In this document: positions 25,397-33,863 of the stretch, one piece after another | Layout of the letters: every line of letters begins with the position of its first letter | Position numbering within the stretch: the first letter of the stretch is position 1 | Assembly (NCBI GenBank): GCA_949372605.1 | Contig: CASIAE010000005.1 | Location: 10,009 to 74,008, forward strand | Length of the DNA stretch: 64,000 nucleotides | Source: an uncultured Flavobacteriaceae bacterium | GTDB taxonomy: Bacteria > Bacteroidota > Bacteroidia > Flavobacteriales > Flavobacteriaceae | Reading direction: 5' to 3' | Notes under the pieces: model-generated | Told to the model about the DNA's origin: nothing | Seen by the model: the letters and a program-made list of their open reading frames with translations, nothing else | Database searches by the model: none | Made by a program: the position numbers and the translations under genes

Positions 25397-26383
25397 ATGA
25401 ATCCTTTCGACCTTAATCCCTTTTGGAAAATTAAATCCGAAGAATCGTTTGAACGATTAGCGCTTGATACGTTCGAGTTTCAATATGAAAACAATGCGGT
25501 TTACCGTTCATATTGTGACTTAATCAATCGTTCTCCTTCTGACATGATGCACTCAGAGAATATTCCTTTTTTACCCGTTTCCTTTTTTAAATCAATGTCA
25601 GTTATTTCGTTCAAAGAAGACATTGTAAAAGAATTCAGCTCAAGTACTACCACTTCTTCGATCGCCTCAAAACATTTCCTTCGAGATTTGAATGACTATA
25701 AATTAAGCTTTAGAAACTGTTTTGAAAGATTTTACGGTTCAATTGAAGGTTATGTTGTTTTGGCACTACTACCCTCTTATGCAGACCGGGAAGGTTCTTC
25801 GTTAACTTATATGGTTTCTGATTTAATAGCCAAAAGCAATAAACTCGAAAGTGGATTTTATCTAAACGAATGGGATCTCTTAAAAGAAAAAATTATCGAT
25901 CTTGAAGAGCGAGGTCAAAAAACATTATTAATCGGCGTTTCTTTTGCCCTACTTGACTTAATTGAAAAACACACGTTTCAATTAAAAAACACAGTAGTAA
26001 TGGAAACTGGGGGGATGAAAGGCCGAAGAAAAGAACTGACAAGAAGTGAATTACATCAAAATCTATCTAAAGGTTTTGGTGTTGAAAAAATACATTCAGA
26101 ATATGGGATGACCGAACTCCTTTCTCAGGCCTACTCGAAAGGGGATGGCCGATTTAGCTGTCCTCCTTGGATGTTTGTTAATACAAGGGAAAGCGAAGAT
26201 CCCTTTCAAAATCTTGGATTTGAAAAAACGGGTGGGTTAAACATAATAGATTTAGCCAATCGCGATTCTTGTTCCTTTATTGCAACTCAGGATTTAGGGA
26301 AAACCTTTTCGGATGGAACTTTTGAAGTATTGGGCCGTTTTGATGACTCAGAAGTTAGAGGTTGTAATTTGATGGTTTTTTAA
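25397..26383 (+). CDS. LuxE/PaaK-like acyl-protein synthetase (adenylate-forming) family protein
   Basis: IPFLPVSFFK, SSSTTTSS (degenerate SSGTTG P-loop) and EYGMTE motifs. 328 aa. Confidence 0.7.
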   Translation: MNPFDLNPFWKIKSEESFERLALDTFEFQYENNAVYRSYCDLINRSPSDMMHSENIPFLPVSFFKSMSVISFKEDIVKEFSSSTTTSSIASKHFLRDLNDYKLSFRNCFERFYGSIEGYVVLALLPSYADREGSSLTYMVSDLIAKSNKLESGFYLNEWDLLKEKIIDLEERGQKTLLIGVSFALLDLIEKHTFQLKNTVVMETGGMKGRRKELTRSELHQNLSKGFGVEKIHSEYGMTELLSQAYSKGDGRFSCPPWMFVNTRESEDPFQNLGFEKTGGLNIIDLANRDSCSFIATQDLGKTFSDGTFEVLGRFDDSEVRGCNLMVF

Positions 26384-27679
26384 TTAAACCACTTTTAAAA
26401 CAAAGTAATTCTTTTTCCCCCTTTGCAACAAAATATACTTTTTATCAATCAGGTCTTTTTCAGCAATGGCATAGTTTTCGTCAACCTTTTTTTTATTCAC
26501 CGCAATCGAGTTTTCAGCCAAAGCTCTTCTTGCCTCGCCGTTTGATTTTAAAAACCCTGTTTCAGAAGCCAAAAGATTAATCATTTCAATTCCACTCTCA
26601 AATTGACTTTTCGAAATTTCTGCCTGAGGTACGCCTTCAAAAATCTCCAGAAAAGTGTCTTCATCAAGTTGAATAAGGTCTTCCGCTGTCGATCTTCCAA
26701 ACAATATCTGACTGGCTTGCTTTGCTTTTTCTAAATCTTCTTTAGAATGAACCATTTGCGTTACCTCTTCGGCAATTTTGTTTTGCAAAAGCCTTAAGTG
26801 TGGAGTTTCTTGATGTTTACTAATCAGTGATACTATTTCTTCTTGCGTCAGTAGCGTAAAGGTTTTAATGTATTTCTCAGCATCTTCATCTGAGGCATTT
26901 AACCAATACTGATAAAATTTATAAGGGGAAGTTCTTCTTTTATCCAACCAAACATTCCCTCCTTCTGACTTACCAAACTTGGTTCCGTCTGATTTTGTAA
27001 TCAATGGACAGGTTATGCCGTAGGCTTTTCCAGAAGCCTTGCGTCGAATCAATTCTGTTCCTGTGGTTATGTTTCCCCACTGATCGCTACCTCCCATCTG
27101 AATTTTACAGTCCATATTTTGATATAGGTGAAAAAAATCATAGCCTTGCAGCAACTGATAGGTAAACTCAGTAAAAGACATCCCAACCTTCGAATCACTG
27201 CCCAAACGTTTTTTAACGGAGTCTTTCGCCATCATATAATTAACGGACAGATGTTTACCAATATCTCTTGAGAAATCAATCAATGAATAGTTTTTCATCC
27301 AATCGTAATTATTCACCAACTGAGCTGCTGCAGGGTTCGCTTTGTTAAAGTCAATAAATTTTTCTAGTTGTTGCTTGATTCCAGAAACATTTTTCTCAAG
27401 TACTTCGGAATCCAAAAGGTTTCTTTCATCCAATTTCTCAGAAGGATCACCAATCATTCCTGTGGCTCCTCCCAAAAGTGCGATAGGCCGATGCCCCGAC
27501 TTCTGAAAATGAATCAATATCATAATCTGAACCAAGCTCCCAATGTGTAAGGAATCTGCTGTGGGATCAAAACCGATATAACCGGAGCTTGAATTGGCCA
27601 AGAGATGCGCCTCAGTTTCTGGCATAATATCATGCAACATACCTCTCCAGCGGAGTTCTTCAACAAAGTTTTTATACAT
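26384..27679 (-). CDS. tyrS: Tyrosine--tRNA ligase
   Basis: HIGH-type motif (SLHIGSL), KMSKS-type motif (KFGKSEG) and a C-terminal S4-like domain. Confidence 0.95.
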   Translation of the reverse strand: MYKNFVEELRWRGMLHDIMPETEAHLLANSSSGYIGFDPTADSLHIGSLVQIMILIHFQKSGHRPIALLGGATGMIGDPSEKLDERNLLDSEVLEKNVSGIKQQLEKFIDFNKANPAAAQLVNNYDWMKNYSLIDFSRDIGKHLSVNYMMAKDSVKKRLGSDSKVGMSFTEFTYQLLQGYDFFHLYQNMDCKIQMGGSDQWGNITTGTELIRRKASGKAYGITCPLITKSDGTKFGKSEGGNVWLDKRRTSPYKFYQYWLNASDEDAEKYIKTFTLLTQEEIVSLISKHQETPHLRLLQNKIAEEVTQMVHSKEDLEKAKQASQILFGRSTAEDLIQLDEDTFLEIFEGVPQAEISKSQFESGIEMINLLASETGFLKSNGEARRALAENSIAVNKKKVDENYAIAEKDLIDKKYILLQRGKKNYFVLKVV

Positions 27680-27686
27680 TTTAATG

Positions 27687-27725
27687 TTTTGTTTTACAAA
27701 GATAGATTTATAGCGTAAAACAAAA
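27687..27725. repeat. 11-bp perfect inverted repeat TTTTGTTTTAC-N17-GTAAAACAAAA
   Basis: Arms 27687-27697 and 27715-27725 pair perfectly. Lies in the 78-bp divergent spacer between tyrS and the SDR gene. Confidence 0.8.
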
Positions 27726-27757
27726 AATTATTCTTCAAAAAGCAGTAATTTTAATTA

Positions 27758-28723
27758 ATGATTTTAGTAACAGGAGCCACAGGTTTTATAGGATCGTATT
27801 TGTTATGTCATTTGGCAGAGAAAAACATATATCCATTAGCATTATACAGAAGTGACACCAAGAAAAACTCAATCCAATCAATTTTTGAATCAAAGTTCTC
27901 GGACGGAAAATCAAAATTCGAAAAAATTGTTTGGCTGAAAGGTGATTTAACAGACTTCCCTAGCCTTGAGGAAGCATTTCAAGGGATTACTAAAGTTTAT
28001 CATTGTGCAGCATTGATTTCATTTTCTCACAGAAAAACAAAAAAGTTAATCGAAATAAATGAGCATGGAACTTCATACATCGTGAATCTATGTCTGTCCC
28101 ATAAAGTAAAAAAGTTGATTTACGTAAGCTCGGTTGCAGCATTAGGAAACGAAGAAACCAGCGCTGATGTCGACGAAGAAACGCCTTGGGACAATAATGA
28201 AGAAAAAACGCCTTATGCCTATTCAAAATATGGAGCTGAAACAGAGGTTTGGCGTGCTGGTCAAGAAGGGCTTGAGTTTTGTATTGTCAATCCTGGTGTG
28301 ATTTTAGGGAAAGGTAGTCCTGCCAATTTTATTTTAAAAAAAATAAAAAAAGGATTTAGATTTTACACACCCGGAAACACAGGGTATGTTAACGTTTTAG
28401 ACGTTATTTCTGTAATGTCTCAATTGATGGAATCTAATATTAACGGAGAACGCTTTATCTTAGTTGCGGAAAACTGGACCAATAAATCCCTCTATCAATT
28501 CCTGCTTAAAAAAAGTAAAAAAAATGAGAAGGTTTATTTAATTCCAAAATTTACATTCTATTTCTTTTGGATTGTAGAATACTTTTTAGAATTGATTTTT
28601 TTCAGGAAAAGAAAACTAACTCGAGCTTTAATAAAAAGCATGTATAGGCAAAACAACATTAATGGAGATAAAATTAAAACTAGACTTAATTTTCACTACA
28701 CTCCAATTGAAGAGGTTTTATAA
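27758..28723 (+). CDS. NAD-dependent epimerase/dehydratase (extended SDR) with a hydrophobic C-terminal segment
   Basis: MILVTGATGFIGS Rossmann motif and YAYSK catalytic YxxxK. A C-terminal FTFYFFWIVEYFLELIFF helix. Confidence 0.8.
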   Translation: MILVTGATGFIGSYLLCHLAEKNIYPLALYRSDTKKNSIQSIFESKFSDGKSKFEKIVWLKGDLTDFPSLEEAFQGITKVYHCAALISFSHRKTKKLIEINEHGTSYIVNLCLSHKVKKLIYVSSVAALGNEETSADVDEETPWDNNEEKTPYAYSKYGAETEVWRAGQEGLEFCIVNPGVILGKGSPANFILKKIKKGFRFYTPGNTGYVNVLDVISVMSQLMESNINGERFILVAENWTNKSLYQFLLKKSKKNEKVYLIPKFTFYFFWIVEYFLELIFFRKRKLTRALIKSMYRQNNINGDKIKTRLNFHYTPIEEVL

Positions 28724-29089
28724 CTAATCAGATCTCTTTTCAAATCTGTTATTTAATTCTGCAACACTGTCTTTTAAAACCAATAGCCTTTTTTCAATTT
28801 GTTTGTAAATCAAAAGATATTTCTTGGGACTTTGTGCATAATAGTTTTTACTATTTACGAGTTGCATGCTGTCAACACAATATTTTTCAAGAAAATAACC
28901 ATCGCCCAACATGCTATCATATTCTTTCAAAGCATAACCGCTACTTCTCATAGACTTAATCAAGTGCATGTCTAGAAGCACCTCTTCCATTAAGTCTGGC
29001 GGAATCAAATCCTCAAACGGTTTAGGTTTATCTTCTTGTGTGCAGGAAAATAAAAAAAATATTATAAAAATAAGTAATGTGTTTTTCAT
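28724..29089 (-). CDS. DUF4296-like lipoprotein
   Basis: Lipobox LFSC after the signal peptide. LIPPDLMEEVLLDMHL is typical of DUF4296. Confidence 0.6.
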   Translation of the reverse strand: MKNTLLIFIIFFLFSCTQEDKPKPFEDLIPPDLMEEVLLDMHLIKSMRSSGYALKEYDSMLGDGYFLEKYCVDSMQLVNSKNYYAQSPKKYLLIYKQIEKRLLVLKDSVAELNNRFEKRSD

Positions 29090-29096
29090 TATTTAA

Positions 29097-30437
29097 TTAA
29101 TTCTTATAAAAGGTAAGTCTTTTACCTAAACCGTTTTCAATGATTTTCCCTTGATCGTAAACCATATTTCCGTTCACAAAAGTTTTTTCTACGGAAGCTT
29201 CGAAAGTTATCCCCTCAAAAGGCGACCACTGACACTGATAGAGTAAATCACTTTTGGTCACCGTATTTTTTTTCTCTAAATCAACCAAAACTAGATCTGC
29301 AAAATAACCTTCTTTTAAAAAACCACGTTTTTCAATATTAAACAAAATTGCTGGATTGTGACAGGCTTTTTGGACGAGTTTGTCGAATTTTATTTTGCCT
29401 TGCTTAACTGCCGTAAGCATCGCCGGCAGGGCGTGTTGCACGAGCGGACCTCCCGACGGGGCTTTTGTATAAACTTGCTGCTTTTCCTTTAAAGTGTGGG
29501 GAGCATGGTCCGTGGCCAAAACATCAATACGATCATCATTCAAGGCTTTCCATAGTTCATCGCGATCTGTTTTCTTCTTAATGGCTGGATTCCATTTTAT
29601 TAAAGTCCCTTTTTCTTGATAATCTTCTTCTGAAAACCAAAGGTGGTGAACACAAACCTCGGCCGTAATTTTCTTGTCTTTCAGGGGGATATTATTTTCA
29701 AATAATTCTGTTTCTATGGCAGTCGACAAATGAAAAACATGAAGACGAGCTCCAGTTTCTTTGGCAAGTTCTATTGCTTTTGAAGAGGATAAATAACAAG
29801 CTTTTTCGCTTCTTATTTCAGAATGCTTTCCGATTGGAATGTTGTCTCCATATTCGGCAATAAAACGACTTAGGTTTTCCTTAATAGTCCCTTCATCTTC
29901 GCAATGTACTGCAATGGGTAAGTCGATATTAGAAAAAATCTCACGTAAAACTTCTGGATCATCGACCAACATGTTTCCCGTTGAAGAACCTAAAAACAAT
30001 TTAAATCCAGGTATTTTACTTTTATCAATCGATATGATTTCATTAAGGTTGTCATTTGTGCCTCCAAAAAGAAATGAATAATTCGCGATTGAATTTTTTG
30101 AAGCAATTTTAAACTTTCCCTCAAGCGCTTCGCTTGAAGTCGTTTGAGGATTGGTGTTCGGCATTTCAAAAAAGGAAGTGATTCCTCCTGCAACTGCCGC
30201 CCTAGATTCTGAAGCTATCGTCGCCTTGTGAGTCAAGCCAGGCTCTCGAAAATGAACTTGGTCGTCTATCCAGCCGGGCATCAAGTGTAATCCTTTGGCA
30301 TCAATAACTTTGTCCGCCAGTTTTTCGTCGATAAAATTAGCTATTTTATGGATCATCTCTCCTTGAATCAAAAGGTCTTTCTTAATGATTTCTCCCTCGT
30401 TGACCAGCATTGCATTCTTTATCAGTACTGTTTCCAT
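29097..30437 (-). CDS. pyrC: Dihydroorotase (long, allantoinase-like type)
   Basis: DDQVHFREPG metal-binding HxH-type motif, and ATDHAPH. Confidence 0.85.
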   Translation of the reverse strand: METVLIKNAMLVNEGEIIKKDLLIQGEMIHKIANFIDEKLADKVIDAKGLHLMPGWIDDQVHFREPGLTHKATIASESRAAVAGGITSFFEMPNTNPQTTSSEALEGKFKIASKNSIANYSFLFGGTNDNLNEIISIDKSKIPGFKLFLGSSTGNMLVDDPEVLREIFSNIDLPIAVHCEDEGTIKENLSRFIAEYGDNIPIGKHSEIRSEKACYLSSSKAIELAKETGARLHVFHLSTAIETELFENNIPLKDKKITAEVCVHHLWFSEEDYQEKGTLIKWNPAIKKKTDRDELWKALNDDRIDVLATDHAPHTLKEKQQVYTKAPSGGPLVQHALPAMLTAVKQGKIKFDKLVQKACHNPAILFNIEKRGFLKEGYFADLVLVDLEKKNTVTKSDLLYQCQWSPFEGITFEASVEKTFVNGNMVYDQGKIIENGLGKRLTFYKN

Positions 30438-30438
30438 T

Positions 30439-31155
30439 CTATTTTTTAAAAAAATCTTCTATTCGCAAATCTATGACGCCATAAAGCGCTTCCCAAATTA
30501 TATTTCTATTCATTTTAGAAATTCCCATTTTCCGATCAGTAAAAACAATAGGGTATTCCTTGAAGCTAAATCTTTTTCTCCAAGCTTTATACTTCATTTC
30601 TATTTGAAAAGCATAACCTACGAATTTAATTTCATCGAGGTTTAGCTCCTCTAATACTTTTCGTCGATAACCTATGTAACCAGCTGTGGGATCTTTAATC
30701 GGCATAAAAGTGATTAAACGGACATAAATTGAGGCAAAATAAGACAGTAATATCCTGCTTAAAGGCCAGTTCACCACATTAATCCCCTTAACATACCTAG
30801 AGCCGACTATAAAATCAACCTCACTTTCCAATAACTCAAGCATGGGAATCAGTGCATTAGGGTCATGAGATAAATCGGCATCCATCTCGAAAATGTATTC
30901 ATAATTGTTTTTTAAAGCCCACTTAAAACCATGAATATATGCCTTCCCAAGTCCCTCTTTATTTTTTCTAACTTCTAAAAACAACTCTTTGGAATATATT
31001 GGTATAAGCTGGTTAACAGCTTCTGCGGTTCCATCTGGAGAAGAATCATCAACGACCAATACATCAAAACGCTTTAAAGAAAAAGTTTCTTCAAGTACCG
31101 ATTTTACGTTGTCAACTTCGTTATAAGTGGGGATAATAACAAGTGCTTTTTTCAT
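30439..31155 (-). CDS. Polyprenol monophosphomannose synthase-like GT2
   Basis: LVIIPTYNE, VVDDSSPDGT and EMDADLSHDP motifs. Start taken at the internal MKKALVII (ORF extends to 31185). Confidence 0.8.
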   Translation of the reverse strand: MKKALVIIPTYNEVDNVKSVLEETFSLKRFDVLVVDDSSPDGTAEAVNQLIPIYSKELFLEVRKNKEGLGKAYIHGFKWALKNNYEYIFEMDADLSHDPNALIPMLELLESEVDFIVGSRYVKGINVVNWPLSRILLSYFASIYVRLITFMPIKDPTAGYIGYRRKVLEELNLDEIKFVGYAFQIEMKYKAWRKRFSFKEYPIVFTDRKMGISKMNRNIIWEALYGVIDLRIEDFFKK

Positions 31156-31227
31156 AAATTTAAATGTAAATTTACTAAAACACAAGAAATAAATTAAATA
31201 ATAAGAATACTTCCTTAATTTTATTTG

Positions 31228-31884
31228 ATGTTTGAATGGACTGACCGATTACAAGCCCCAAGAGACTGGATTACTTTTGTTCTATTTATGATTTTTGTAC
31301 TGCTGGCTTTTTTGTCTCAGCGACATTATCTACAATTTAGATTATTTGTAGATATAAGAAATTTGAAAAATTATCTAAATATTTATGGGAAAGATAAATA
31401 CTTGAGTCCTTTGCATCAGTTTAATTTTATTTTATTTCTCATCTCATTGCTAACCTTTTCGCTCTATGCTAATTTTTTCTATCAAGAAATTTTATTTTGT
31501 TTTTTAGGAAAAATTAAATTTTATCAAATTTTACTTTTCTTGTTCAGCTTGGAATTTGTTCGGTATCTAGTACTGAAAATGATTTTAACTCCTGTAGGAC
31601 TTAAAAATACACTTGATCAATTGTATTTTAAAACATTGACAGTAAAGGGGTTAATAGGCATAATTGGAGGTTGTTTTTTGTCACTTTGTCACTTTACTTT
31701 TCCTGACAATCAAATTTATTTTTTAATAAGCCTCCTAATTCTATTTGCCTCTTCTTTCATATATCACAATAAAATTTATATTGAAATAACAAGGAAAAAA
31801 CCTTCTTATCTGCTTTATATAATTTTATATCTTTGTGGATTCAAAATAGCGCCCTGGCTCTGGCTCTATTTAATATTATATTAG
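31228..31884 (+). CDS. DUF4271-like polytopic membrane protein
   Basis: About 6 hydrophobic helices. Sits immediately upstream of hemD, as is typical in Bacteroidetes. Confidence 0.6.
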   Translation: MFEWTDRLQAPRDWITFVLFMIFVLLAFLSQRHYLQFRLFVDIRNLKNYLNIYGKDKYLSPLHQFNFILFLISLLTFSLYANFFYQEILFCFLGKIKFYQILLFLFSLEFVRYLVLKMILTPVGLKNTLDQLYFKTLTVKGLIGIIGGCFLSLCHFTFPDNQIYFLISLLILFASSFIYHNKIYIEITRKKPSYLLYIILYLCGFKIAPWLWLYLILY

Positions 31885-31910
31885 GCCAAGAGGTAATTAA
31901 ATTTAAATAT

Positions 31911-32654
31911 ATGAAAGTGAAAACCATTTTGGTTTCGCAACCTGAGCCTGCGAGTGACAAATCCCCTTACGCACGTTTAAAAGAAAAACACAAACTAAAA
32001 ATTGATTTTCGTCCTTTCATTCATGTTGAGGGCATGTCTGCGAAGGAAGTTAGAAAACAAAAAATTAATTTTTCTGAATTTAATAATATTATACTCACCA
32101 GCAGGAACGCTGTTGATCATTTTTTCAGGCTGACTGAAGAGATGCGCTATAAAGTTCCAGATTCTACAAAATATTTCTGTCAATCAGAAGCCGTCGCTTA
32201 TTATCTTCAAAAATATGTAGTTTATCGCAAGAGGAAGATTTATGTGGGTGAAAAAAGTGTAGCAGATTTGGAGTCTGTCTTTAAAAAGTTTGAAATTGAA
32301 AAATTCATGCTGCCCACCTCAGATGTTGACAACCCGAAGATTCCTAATATTTTAGATGAAATTGGAGTTAAGTGGCAACGTGCACAGCTTTACAGAACCA
32401 AAGTAAGTGACCTCTCGGATCTAAGGGATGTGTACTATGATATTTTAGTGTTTTTCAGTCCTTCGGGAATCGAATCTCTGTTGTATAACTTTCCTGATTT
32501 TGAACAAAAAGATACAATGATAGCAGCTTATGGTAATGCTACTATCAATGCTGCAAAAGCTGCAAATTTAAGGGTCGATATAAATGCGCCCAGTCCTGAA
32601 ACCCCCTCAATGAGCATGGCCATTGAAAAATATATTGTTGGGCTCGGTAAATAA
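31911..32654 (+). CDS. hemD: Uroporphyrinogen-III synthase
   Basis: MKVKTILVSQPEP ... ILTSRNAVDHFF ... VFFSPSGIESL. Start taken at ATG 31911, because the upstream extension overlaps the previous gene. Confidence 0.8.
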   Translation: MKVKTILVSQPEPASDKSPYARLKEKHKLKIDFRPFIHVEGMSAKEVRKQKINFSEFNNIILTSRNAVDHFFRLTEEMRYKVPDSTKYFCQSEAVAYYLQKYVVYRKRKIYVGEKSVADLESVFKKFEIEKFMLPTSDVDNPKIPNILDEIGVKWQRAQLYRTKVSDLSDLRDVYYDILVFFSPSGIESLLYNFPDFEQKDTMIAAYGNATINAAKAANLRVDINAPSPETPSMSMAIEKYIVGLGK

Positions 32655-32668
32655 TTTTTGAGGAGTTT

Positions 32669-33037
32669 TTAATCCTTTATTGATTTAATAATTAAAAAGA
32701 ACCAACCTAAAATAAGTAATGTTCCTCCCACTGGGGTGATTGGGCCCATCCATGATAGATCTATTTTTATAATGGACTGGAGGGACAAAAAGAAGATACT
32801 GAAAGAAAACAGTATTGTCCCCCAAAAGAAAAACCTAAAAATCCACTTCTTGTCTTCTATCTGAATTTCTGAAACCAATAGCAAGGCTAACCCATGATAC
32901 ATCATGTATCGGGCACCTGTTTCGAAGGAGTGCAAGGACGTTTCAGTTAACAATATTTTTAAAAGGTGACTTGCAAAAGCGCCCAAAACAACTGAAAGTA
33001 AAGCGAAAACTGCTCCTGCTATTCTGATTTTTTTCAT
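32669..33037 (-). CDS. DUF423 membrane protein
   Basis: 4 TM helices. AVFALLSVVLGAFASH is typical of DUF423. Confidence 0.75.
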   Translation of the reverse strand: MKKIRIAGAVFALLSVVLGAFASHLLKILLTETSLHSFETGARYMMYHGLALLLVSEIQIEDKKWIFRFFFWGTILFSFSIFFLSLQSIIKIDLSWMGPITPVGGTLLILGWFFLIIKSIKD

Positions 33038-33123
33038 TTAACTAATCTAAAGTAAAAAATATAAAAAGGAATTCACTTATATTTAATAGCCAAATATAGA
33101 CTTTTGATTAAAAATTTACAACA

Positions 33124-33594
33124 ATGAAAATAACTAATGAGGAGATTTTAATCGATGGATTAGACAAGATTATTCTTCGAGCACTCATGAATGACGCAAG
33201 AAAATCGATCAATGAAATCGCAAGAACTGCTGGTATTTCAGGTGCAGCTGTTCATCAACGTTTAAAAAAACTGGAAAAAGCACAACTTATTTCTGGTTCT
33301 CAAATTATTTTAAATCCTAAGATTTTAGGCTTTAAAACAATGGCTTTTGTTGGAATTTACTTGGATAAAGCCATACGAAACACTGAGGCAGTAAAGCAAC
33401 TCGAGAAAATACCTGAAGTGATTGAATGTCATTACACCACTGGTAACTGGAGTGTATTAATTAAGATATTGTGTAAAGATAATGAACACCTAATGGGGCT
33501 ATTAAATTATAAAATACAGTCGATCGAAGGGATCTCTAGAACGGAGACTTTTATTTCTTTAAATCAACAGATCAAAAGACAAATTCAGATTTAA
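33124..33594 (+). CDS. Lrp/AsnC family transcriptional regulator
   Basis: An N-terminal HTH (LDKIILRALMNDARKSINEIARTAGISGAAVHQRLKKLE) plus a RAM domain. Confidence 0.9.
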   Translation: MKITNEEILIDGLDKIILRALMNDARKSINEIARTAGISGAAVHQRLKKLEKAQLISGSQIILNPKILGFKTMAFVGIYLDKAIRNTEAVKQLEKIPEVIECHYTTGNWSVLIKILCKDNEHLMGLLNYKIQSIEGISRTETFISLNQQIKRQIQI

Positions 33595-33863
33595 TTATTT
33601 GTTCTGTTTTTAAGGGTCAAAAAGATAATCACAACTTGTAAAATCCCTGACAGTATATTAGCAACAATAACTGCAATGCTATCGATTAAAATGCCATAGG
33701 CGAGCCAAATAATAATTCCGACAAGCATGCAAACGTACATAGAAAGCGAGACACCGTCTGAGCTTCGGTTTTTCCAAATTTTAACCACTTGAGGCACAAA
33801 GGCAAGAGTTGTGAACATGGCTCCTACTAGGCCAACAACTTCAACTAAAATTTCATTAGTCAT
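33591..33863 (-). CDS. SemiSWEET / PQ-loop family 3-TM transporter
   Basis: 90 aa with 3 TM helices and an LAFVPQVVKIWK PQ motif. Its start overlaps the leuS stop (TAATG). Confidence 0.75.
   Translation of the reverse strand: MTNEILVEVVGLVGAMFTTLAFVPQVVKIWKNRSSDGVSLSMYVCMLVGIIIWLAYGILIDSIAVIVANILSGILQVVIIFLTLKNRTNN

Noticed and set aside
31833-31910. Upstream extension of the hemD ORF
   Set aside because: It overlaps the end of the DUF4271 gene in another frame, whereas the conserved HemD N-terminus (MKVKTILVSQPEP) starts at 31911.
33038-33123. An 8-bp inverted repeat AAATATAA-N12-TTATATTT upstream of the Lrp/AsnC gene
   Set aside because: The arms are pure A/T in an AT-rich spacer, so chance occurrence is high. 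It is noted as a possible Lrp autoregulatory site but is not reportable.
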